This document shows, piece after piece, positions 18,896 through 27,284 of a DNA stretch of 32,971 nt. Every line of letters begins with the position of its first letter. Position 1 is the first letter of the stretch. Source of the stretch: a virus. Taxonomy: Duplodnaviria > Caudoviricetes. The notes beneath the pieces are model-generated. The model searched no databases, was not told the origin of the DNA, and saw only the letters and a program-made list of their open reading frames with translations. The stretch covers positions 1 through 32,971 of the IMG/VR virus record IMGVR_UViG_3300022923_000057; one strand, 5' to 3'. A program made the position numbers and the translations under genes.

Positions 18896-21800
18896 ATGCC
18901 AAAGATATTTAATAAACAAGTATTCCAGACAACATACAAGGACGATCACGCTGATAGTGATGGATACCATCGTATCCTGTTTAACAGCGGACGTGCTTTG
19001 CAAGCCCGTGAGTTGACACAACTTCAGACGATCATTCAGAAAGAGATCACACGTCTGGGACAGAATGTCTTCCGTGATGGTGCGCCTGTAAACAATGCGG
19101 GTTCTGCGTTTGAAAGAAACCTTGAGTTTGTTAAAATCAAAGCAACCACACCACTTCCTTCCAATGTTAGTATCATCGGCAACGTTTTTGTTGGACAGAC
19201 AAGTAATATTAAAATTCGTGTCGAGGATGTCCTTGCGGCAACTGACACCGATCCGGAAACACTTTATGTAACTTACTTGGATACTCCTGAAGCTAGTTCG
19301 GGAGAAACTGCACCTCGTGTAACTCCGGATGAAACACTTTCGGGTACAATCGATGGTAACACATATACCTTCGATGTGCAACAGGAAAATACAGCACTCA
19401 ACCCCGCAACGGGTAGAGGTATTGCATACGCAACGGGCGAAGGTTCATTCTTCGCAGTGGGACGTTTTGTCTTCTCTCCGAAGCAACGTATCTATCTTTC
19501 CAAGTATACTCAGAACTACACTGGACAAATTGTTTTTAAAGTAACAGAAGATATTGTTACTTCGTCTGACAATGCTGCACTATTTGATAACCAAGGTGCG
19601 ACACCCAACAGATCGTCGCCTGGCGCAGACAGATATCGTATTCGTCTGACCCTTTCTAAACTGGAAGACTTGGATGCTGAAGACAACCACGTACCCTATG
19701 CAGACATTGCAGACTCTAAAGAAGTTTCTAAGGTATCTGCATCTGAGGGATACAACGAAATTAGAGAACATGTTGCAACACGTGTTCGTGAGATTCATGG
19801 TAACTTCATTAAGAAGTACTTCAAGGCAAAGTTTATACCTAACAACGATACTACGTTTAAGTTAGTCGTTGACCCTGGCCTTGCATACATCGATGGATAT
19901 CGTGTAGAAAAACTTAAGTCCACACCCATTGTCGTAAAGAGATCACAGGAAACCACAACTGTAGACAACCAAGGTATTCTTGCAAACTACGGTAACTACT
20001 TCTTGGTATCCGATGCACTTGGTGCAAAGGGTATGTTGAACTTTGATGACTGTCAACAAGTAAATCTTTATGATGGTGTTGGCGCAACGGGTAACGTAAT
20101 TGGTACAACCAACGTTCGTGCATTGACTGAGTTCCAAAACTCTCAGTACAGACTCCATGTATTCAACTCAGTAATTACAGACAATACGAAGAGTCTTCGT
20201 AACGTAAGATCGGTAGGTACTGGTACTTCTAGTTATTACAATATCGATTTCAGTGATAACACAACACTAAGAGAAACCAAACAGAAAACACTTCTGTTCG
20301 ATTCTCCCGTGCCTAGACCCAAGAGCTTTAGTAGCATTTCTCTTTCAGTACAAAGAAGATTCTCTGGAACAACCACGGGGTCTGGTGAGTTAACTATTGC
20401 ACTGACCACTACTGGTGAAAACTTTGAAAACGTCAATGATTGGGTGTTCGCATCGGCATCTGACGGTTTCTTGGCTGGTAGCGTTTCTCTGACAGGCGGT
20501 GGAACGTCCGCAACAATCAGCGGTCTTCCCAACAGTGCTGCAGTAGAAATTCTCGCATATGTCAAGAAGGGTCAATCAAAAATTAGACCCAAAACCTTGA
20601 CAGAAACTACTGTTACTGGTAGAATAGATTCTGACGGTGATGGTGTTAAGTATCTTTCTCTAGGTGAGTCGGACATCTTCTCTTTGAATAGAGTTCGTTT
20701 GAATGACTCTGATGGCACCAACATCTTCACCAACTTTACCTTAGACACTGGTCATCGTGATACACACTACGATGATGGTAAACTTCTTTGGAAAGGAACT
20801 GGCCCCATCACCACGGACTCCGCTGGTGGTAATGGTACAACCATATTCGCTAGATTCAAGTACTTCTCACACGGTACAGGAGATTTCTTTGCGGTCAACT
20901 CCTATACAGGTCAGGTTGACTATGTAGATATTCCTGCTCACCGTATGAATAACCGAAGACTAGTTTCTCTTCGTGACGTTCTGGACTTCCGTCCCTCTAC
21001 AGACGGTGCTGGAACTTTTGTAACAGTTAACGAACTTCCTCAACCCACAGATACGGTTGAGATGGATGCAGAATTCTATCTGCCTCGTAAGGACAAACTG
21101 GTTCTTTCTAAGATGGGTGAACTGAGATATCTTCAGGGAACGCCTTCTCTTGATCCTCAGTTTTCCGAAACTCCTACAGACTGTATCGATCTGTATAAGT
21201 TCGAAATGAATCCGTTCACTCTTCACACCAAAGACTTGAAGAGTCGTATCCTTCCTTTGAAAGGATACACGATGGCGGACATCAACAAGTTAGAAACCAA
21301 ACTCGACAAGGTTGAAGAAATGGCCGTATTGTCGATGTTGGAACTCAAGACACAAGCTTTGAAAGCATTGGACTCTGCGGGTGCAGACAGAACCAAGTCC
21401 GGTTTCTTTGTAGACAACTTTGCAAACCACTCTTTCACTGACACTCAGAGTCCGGAACACCGTGCCACCATTGATCCTCAGAAGAAGTTTATGAGGCCTG
21501 GCAAAAAAGAATCGGTTATCGATCTTCGTTTTGATTCTGCAAACTCTAACCAGTTGCGTGTTAAGAAGAGTGGCGATTTGATCACTCTTGATTACACCGA
21601 AGCTGATTTCTACGAACAGGGTGTTGCATCTAGAGTAGAAAACCTGAACCCCTTCTTCGTTGAGAAGTTGGTTGGTTCTATTACCATGTCTCCTGCTTCC
21701 GATTACTGGAAAGAGATTGATATTCAACCTCCTCAGATCATCGATCAACCCTCAGTACTGGATACGTCCAATGCGGTAAACTGGAACAACCATGAATGGG

Positions 21801-24619
21801 ATTGGGGTGGTGTACCTCTTGATGACCTTCAAGTTGGTGCTTCACAGGGACAGGTGACTGGTACATCTACAAGTCGCACAAGTAATACCCTAGAACCTTT
21901 TGTCAGTGGTACTTCAACGTCCCAACAACAAGGCGATTGGGTTGTAACTGGATCAACCAGTAACACCACATCTTTGGGTACTCAGACCAACGTTGTTTCT
22001 CAGTCAACCGAAGAGGTTTCGACAGACTGGGGTTTAGGGGGCGAAACTGGAACAGCGGCCATTGTGGGTGTGGGTCAAGACTTGTGGGTTGCTAACAATG
22101 ATGGAAGGGCTTTCGCTGGTCAGGCCGGGGGGATTACAATTCAAACTGGTCAAGTTGATACTATTCAGACCACCACTTCAGAAACTCGTGAAGCCCTTGA
22201 AACTGTTGATACAACTACCCTAGAACAGACGACTACGACTACAACGGAAACCGAGTTTACTACAGAAACTCAGATCACAACAAATGTGTCAACAACCACA
22301 ACAGTAAACCGTATTTCAGGTGAACATACTGTTCGTGAGGTTGTTGGTCAACGTGTATTTGACTTGATCTCTATTCCTTGGATGCGTTCACGCAAAGTCT
22401 CTTTCCGTGGTGATGGTCTTCGTCCCAACACAAGATACTTCCCGTTCTTTGATGATACGGACGTGGGAACTTTCTGTATTGCGACTTCGAACTTTGTACG
22501 TCACTCCGACAGAAACCCCGAGACAAGAACCGCAAACCTCACTCCTTCTGTAACGCACAGTGAACAGAATGCGGGTAATGAATTGCTTATTAGTGACGCT
22601 TCGGGTACGGTCAATGGTGAGTTTGAAATTCCCAACAACTCCGCTATGCGTTTTGCAACGGGTACGAGAGAGTTTGCTCTCTATGACGTAAGTGTTCCTG
22701 ATACGGATGCAGCCTTGTCTTTCGCTAAGACTAACTTCACATCTACAGGTGACATCGAACCCGTACAAGATATTATCCACAGTACTCGTGTTCTTGAAGT
22801 AACAGGAAGTACTTCTACTTCTGTGTCCAATAACACCGAGAGTGTTTTCTCGACAAGTACAGATGTGGCTATCGTGGAGTCTACTGCACAGGATGTTCAG
22901 ACGAGTTCTACACAGACTGAGGTTGTACTCGGCCAAGAAACTAACTCAGAAGTTATTGATAGTCAGGCGATCAACGTCACAATCTTCCTACCACGTGACC
23001 CTCTGGCTCAGACTTTCTTTGTGGATGTGGATGCGCCTAATGGTGCATTCCTCACTAAAGTACGGGTATACTTTGCAACGAAGGATGATGAAGGTCTACC
23101 CGTAGAAATGCAAATCCGTCCTGTAATCAACGGTGTTCCAGCTTCTTCTGAGATTGTGCCTGGAAGTCGTAAGTTCCTGCAGGCTTCTGAGGTAACTGCG
23201 ATCACTGACACCTACACAGACCCGACTATCGATGAGATGTTGGCAAACGGTACGGACTTTGAGTTCGACGAACCCATCTATCTGAAACCTCTTACAGAGT
23301 ATGCAATCGTTCTGATGACACCTTCTATGAAGTACAGAACCTACATCTCTCGTGTTGAGGACTTTGTACTTGGTTCGACAGAAAGACGTATCTCTGAACA
23401 ACCTTCATTGGCCTCTCTCTTCAAGTCTCAGAACTCTTTCCTTTGGGAACCTTCTCAGACAGAAGACTTGGCGTACAAGTTGTTCCGTGCAGACTTCCAG
23501 ACTTCGGGTAATGTGTTCCTTGAGAACGTAAACCAAGACCCCGTAGTACTTGCGAAGAGCCCCTTTGTTGTACGTCAGGAGAATATTGATTCTGGTGATC
23601 CAGCCACAATTACTGTGATTCATAGAGGACACGGTTTACGTCAGGGAGACCTCACAACTATCACAGGTCTTGATTCCGATACCAGATACAATGGTGTACT
23701 TGGATCAAGTATTATTGGTCAGAGACAAGTAACTTCTGTAGACGGTACTGGTTATGAATTCCTTGCGGACAGTGATTTCACTATCGCAGCAAGGTTTGGT
23801 AACGGTAAGTGTAGTGGTAGTTTCCAACCGACATTCGACTTGGTATGGCCTTCTATTCAAACCATGAAGGTTCCGACTACAGACATCACATTCTCTGCTA
23901 AGTTTACTAGTAACTCTTCTCTAGTAGATTCGTCTTCGGGTAGATTTGTACAAGACTCTCAGTTCACTTTGATTAAGAACAAGTCTAACAATTACTTTAA
24001 TGCACCTAGATGTATTATCAATCCGAACGAAGAGGCAACAGAACTCAGCACATACAGTTATCCTAAGTCTGCAATTGTTCAGTTGAACTTGACAACAACC
24101 GATAGTAAAGTTTCACCTGTCATTGATATGCAACGTGCGGGTCTGACCATGATCGGTAACATGATCGACAAACAAGATTCTGCATCAACAGACGGATTCA
24201 ATGTGCCTCTGAGTTATGTGCCGGAATCTCATCCGTTCTTGGGTAGTTCTTTGTCCAAACACTTAACCAAACCTGTAACTCTAGAAGAAGTTGCGACAGG
24301 TCTGAAAGTGATTCTTGCTGCGAACAAACCACCCGAGGCAAGTTTCCAGTTGTGGTATAGAACTGGTGAGGCTGAAGACGAACTATCTAGAAAGAATTGG
24401 GTCTTGGCTTCTGCGGATAACGTTCTGCCTTCAGACACTAACAAAACCATTTTCCGTGAATATCGATATACCATCGGTGGATTTGGTGACGTGAATAACT
24501 TGAATGGTGGGGATATGTCAGACTTCCGACAGTTCCAATTGAAAATTGTTATGAATTCGACCAATAGTGCAAAGGTTCCAGTCATTCGTGACTTGAGGGC
24601 AATTGCTTTGGCGGTGTAA
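18896..24619 (+). CDS. Large virion structural protein, VrlC-like (DUF4815 type)
   Basis: Y.DD.....GYHRILF..GRALQARELTQLQT, PGADR, GYTM.DI..LE.....VE....LS.LE, KSGFFVDNF, DPLAQTF, SLFKSQN...W...Q.EDL and terminal P.IRDLRAIALA. Confidence 0.8.
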   Translation: MPKIFNKQVFQTTYKDDHADSDGYHRILFNSGRALQARELTQLQTIIQKEITRLGQNVFRDGAPVNNAGSAFERNLEFVKIKATTPLPSNVSIIGNVFVGQTSNIKIRVEDVLAATDTDPETLYVTYLDTPEASSGETAPRVTPDETLSGTIDGNTYTFDVQQENTALNPATGRGIAYATGEGSFFAVGRFVFSPKQRIYLSKYTQNYTGQIVFKVTEDIVTSSDNAALFDNQGATPNRSSPGADRYRIRLTLSKLEDLDAEDNHVPYADIADSKEVSKVSASEGYNEIREHVATRVREIHGNFIKKYFKAKFIPNNDTTFKLVVDPGLAYIDGYRVEKLKSTPIVVKRSQETTTVDNQGILANYGNYFLVSDALGAKGMLNFDDCQQVNLYDGVGATGNVIGTTNVRALTEFQNSQYRLHVFNSVITDNTKSLRNVRSVGTGTSSYYNIDFSDNTTLRETKQKTLLFDSPVPRPKSFSSISLSVQRRFSGTTTGSGELTIALTTTGENFENVNDWVFASASDGFLAGSVSLTGGGTSATISGLPNSAAVEILAYVKKGQSKIRPKTLTETTVTGRIDSDGDGVKYLSLGESDIFSLNRVRLNDSDGTNIFTNFTLDTGHRDTHYDDGKLLWKGTGPITTDSAGGNGTTIFARFKYFSHGTGDFFAVNSYTGQVDYVDIPAHRMNNRRLVSLRDVLDFRPSTDGAGTFVTVNELPQPTDTVEMDAEFYLPRKDKLVLSKMGELRYLQGTPSLDPQFSETPTDCIDLYKFEMNPFTLHTKDLKSRILPLKGYTMADINKLETKLDKVEEMAVLSMLELKTQALKALDSAGADRTKSGFFVDNFANHSFTDTQSPEHRATIDPQKKFMRPGKKESVIDLRFDSANSNQLRVKKSGDLITLDYTEADFYEQGVASRVENLNPFFVEKLVGSITMSPASDYWKEIDIQPPQIIDQPSVLDTSNAVNWNNHEWDWGGVPLDDLQVGASQGQVTGTSTSRTSNTLEPFVSGTSTSQQQGDWVVTGSTSNTTSLGTQTNVVSQSTEEVSTDWGLGGETGTAAIVGVGQDLWVANNDGRAFAGQAGGITIQTGQVDTIQTTTSETREALETVDTTTLEQTTTTTTETEFTTETQITTNVSTTTTVNRISGEHTVREVVGQRVFDLISIPWMRSRKVSFRGDGLRPNTRYFPFFDDTDVGTFCIATSNFVRHSDRNPETRTANLTPSVTHSEQNAGNELLISDASGTVNGEFEIPNNSAMRFATGTREFALYDVSVPDTDAALSFAKTNFTSTGDIEPVQDIIHSTRVLEVTGSTSTSVSNNTESVFSTSTDVAIVESTAQDVQTSSTQTEVVLGQETNSEVIDSQAINVTIFLPRDPLAQTFFVDVDAPNGAFLTKVRVYFATKDDEGLPVEMQIRPVINGVPASSEIVPGSRKFLQASEVTAITDTYTDPTIDEMLANGTDFEFDEPIYLKPLTEYAIVLMTPSMKYRTYISRVEDFVLGSTERRISEQPSLASLFKSQNSFLWEPSQTEDLAYKLFRADFQTSGNVFLENVNQDPVVLAKSPFVVRQENIDSGDPATITVIHRGHGLRQGDLTTITGLDSDTRYNGVLGSSIIGQRQVTSVDGTGYEFLADSDFTIAARFGNGKCSGSFQPTFDLVWPSIQTMKVPTTDITFSAKFTSNSSLVDSSSGRFVQDSQFTLIKNKSNNYFNAPRCIINPNEEATELSTYSYPKSAIVQLNLTTTDSKVSPVIDMQRAGLTMIGNMIDKQDSASTDGFNVPLSYVPESHPFLGSSLSKHLTKPVTLEEVATGLKVILAANKPPEASFQLWYRTGEAEDELSRKNWVLASADNVLPSDTNKTIFREYRYTIGGFGDVNNLNGGDMSDFRQFQLKIVMNSTNSAKVPVIRDLRAIALAV

Positions 24620-24620
24620 A

Positions 24621-24848
24621 ATGTCAAGATATCAGGATATTGAAGGACAAAACGATTTCGTCCGTGATACGAATACGGGGGCAATTTTAAATATAAATAA
24701 ACAAGAGATACAGGCAGCACGTGAAAGAAAAAAGTTGTTAAAAGAACAACACCTCAAAGAGAAACAACTTGAGGAAGACGTACAATCTCTAAAAGATGAG
24801 ATGTCTGATATCAAGAGTTTACTTTCGCAAATAGTAGAGAAATTATAG
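24621..24848 (+). CDS. Small coiled-coil hypothetical protein (75 aa)
   Basis: ATG at 24621: MSRYQDIEGQNDFVRDTNTGAILN...LKDEMSDIKSLL. This type of small gene typically follows VrlC-like genes in T4-like phages. Confidence 0.75.
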   Translation: MSRYQDIEGQNDFVRDTNTGAILNINKQEIQAARERKKLLKEQHLKEKQLEEDVQSLKDEMSDIKSLLSQIVEKL

Positions 24849-27269
24849 ATGGCACGTCCAATTACAGCTTTAACAGATTCGTTTAAGATTCTTAGAGACA
24901 ATCTTAACACCATCTCTAACAATGTCGGCGACCCTGATCTTCTGACTACTACGTCTAGAGCCTTCACTGAGGGTAATACCGATGTTGCACAGAGATCAGA
25001 CTCTTCCGATGTTGTAAGTGCCTTAAACGAACTAGATTCTGACCTTCACGGGCTTGGCGGTGGTGATGTCAAGAACGATCTGAACTACCTCTCGTATGCG
25101 ATTAATCGTGTACGTGACAGTGGTATGACGGGTGCGATCAATGCCATCGACGCATATATCGGTGGTGACTCCGATACTCTTAATGTTGAAGCGAATACAA
25201 TCAGGGATGCGATCAACGAGATCGAAGCTGTCTTTGATGCAAGTACACTCAAGATCAATGCGGGAGGTAACTTCCGGTTTGATGGTGCGGGTGACCTAGA
25301 AGTCAACTTGGATGGGGGTGATGTTACCTTCCTCAAGGACTCTGAACAGTACGCACAACTTACTTTAGGAACAACAACCACACTCGACATTACTGTTGCG
25401 GGTAAGATCGTAACAGCAGATTCGACTGGTGGTACATTTGAGATCGATGCAGGGGGTGACATCACCCTTGACGCAGACGGTAACCAAATCAGATTCAAGA
25501 ACGGTGCGGGTGGAGACGAAGTAACTCACACTCTTGCAGACGATGCAACCTACGAGATTGACGCACCTTCTACTTACACAGTGGACGCAGTTGGGGACAT
25601 TATCCTTGACGCAGACACAGGCAGAGTACGTATCAAAGACGGCGGGACTGAGGCTTATAACTTCCAGTCCAACGGTATCGTAACCTCTGCGAATGCTCTA
25701 TTCGTCAATGCATCTGACTTCACCCTGAACACAGACAGTGCGGGTGTTGCGACTATTTCGTTTACGACTGACAGTGCGAACAGAATTGTCTACACATTGA
25801 CTCCATCGAATCAAACGATGGCAGTAACAAATGACTTGACAATTGACGCTTCTCGTGATATAATCCTAGATGCTGCCGGAGCGGATATAGATATGCAAGT
25901 TTCTGGTACATCCAGAATCAAGCATACTATGGGTGACAGTAATACCGTTGCGGTAACTGGACACTATACTCTCGACGCATCTCAAGACATCATCCTTGAT
26001 GCGGGTGGAGACAACATCTACTTTGCGGATGGTGGTTCTAAGAGATTTACTTATACTCTTGGTACGAACCAAGAAATCGACGTTGTAGGTAACCTCACCT
26101 ATGACGTGGCTGGTGACATCAACCTAGACGCTGGTGGTAATACGGTTAACCTGAAAGGTAACGGTACAACCAGAATCTCACACGAATTGGGTGCGACAAA
26201 CACTACCACAGTAACAGGTAATCTGACAGACAGTATCTCTGGTGACTACATTCGAACTGTAGGCAATCAGACGATTACTGACAGTGATTATACTCACACA
26301 TCGAATACAGCCACTCACAACACTACAGGTGATTTCACCGTAGACGCAGAATTGGATATTGTCCTTGATGCAAATGGTGGAGACGTATTCCTTAAAGACG
26401 GTGGTACAACCTACGGTTCTTTGACTGCGACAGGTTCTAACCTGATCGTCAAGTCTGGTACGACTACTGCACTGACATTCTCTGGTGCGAACGTAACGAC
26501 TGGTGGTACAGTAACCACAGGTGGTAATGTCACGATGGGTGGCACAACCATTTCAAGAACTGGTGTGTTGACCCTTGACGTTTCGTCTAACATTAACCTT
26601 GACGCTGGCGGCGGTAACATCTACCTCAAAGATGATGGTACTCAGTACGGTAACCTAAAGTGGGGGGTTGGAGACAACCTTATCATTCAGTCTAAGAATG
26701 TCACTGCGGTAACATTTGACTCAGGTGAACGTGCAACATTCGCTGGTGATGTTTATCAAGGTACTTCGCTCAACACCGAATCCGGTCACTTGGGTGGTGC
26801 GATCAACGAAGTCCATGATCAATTAGATTCTGCAGCCGGAGAGATTGCACTTCATGCAGGAAGACTAAATACCCTAGAATCTGAGATGGATTCCAACGAG
26901 ACCCTTCTTGGTGCTACTCTACTTTACAATGTAGATAATCCTTATAGTTGGGTTAAGTCTACTCCGGTTAAGACTGCAATCAATGATCTAGATAGTGCAG
27001 TTGGTACGTTATCTGATCTGGATGGAACCACATTCGTATCTGCCTCAGACAAGGCAAATGTTGTGGCTGCACTCAACGTGCTTGCGGGTGACGTACAACA
27101 ACTTCAAGACAGCGCTGGAACACTGGACGCTAGAATCGGATCACTTGCAAACCTTGCTGCATTCTTTGATAGTGCGGGAGCGACTGCAAGTATTGTAAAC
27201 GCCCTGAACCATATGGCAAGTAGAGTAGTGGATATCTATGATGAGAATGGCACTCTCTTAAATACTTAA
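24849..27269 (+). CDS. Fibre protein (fibritin/whisker position) with DxxxDIxLDAxG repeats
   Basis: About 8 copies of xDxxxDIxLDAxG (e.g. DAGGDITLDADG, DASQDIILDAGG), flanked by A(I/L)NE-type helical repeats at both ends. Confidence 0.65.
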   Translation: MARPITALTDSFKILRDNLNTISNNVGDPDLLTTTSRAFTEGNTDVAQRSDSSDVVSALNELDSDLHGLGGGDVKNDLNYLSYAINRVRDSGMTGAINAIDAYIGGDSDTLNVEANTIRDAINEIEAVFDASTLKINAGGNFRFDGAGDLEVNLDGGDVTFLKDSEQYAQLTLGTTTTLDITVAGKIVTADSTGGTFEIDAGGDITLDADGNQIRFKNGAGGDEVTHTLADDATYEIDAPSTYTVDAVGDIILDADTGRVRIKDGGTEAYNFQSNGIVTSANALFVNASDFTLNTDSAGVATISFTTDSANRIVYTLTPSNQTMAVTNDLTIDASRDIILDAAGADIDMQVSGTSRIKHTMGDSNTVAVTGHYTLDASQDIILDAGGDNIYFADGGSKRFTYTLGTNQEIDVVGNLTYDVAGDINLDAGGNTVNLKGNGTTRISHELGATNTTTVTGNLTDSISGDYIRTVGNQTITDSDYTHTSNTATHNTTGDFTVDAELDIVLDANGGDVFLKDGGTTYGSLTATGSNLIVKSGTTTALTFSGANVTTGGTVTTGGNVTMGGTTISRTGVLTLDVSSNINLDAGGGNIYLKDDGTQYGNLKWGVGDNLIIQSKNVTAVTFDSGERATFAGDVYQGTSLNTESGHLGGAINEVHDQLDSAAGEIALHAGRLNTLESEMDSNETLLGATLLYNVDNPYSWVKSTPVKTAINDLDSAVGTLSDLDGTTFVSASDKANVVAALNVLAGDVQQLQDSAGTLDARIGSLANLAAFFDSAGATASIVNALNHMASRVVDIYDENGTLLNT

Positions 27270-27284
27270 TAAAAGGACGGTGGA

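Noticed and set aside
30-27198. Numerous short antisense or overlapping ORFs in the track (e.g. 30..386, 1657..2112, 9147..9569, 22388..22936, 24229..24720)
   Set aside because: They lie within well-supported structural genes and show no recognisable motifs.
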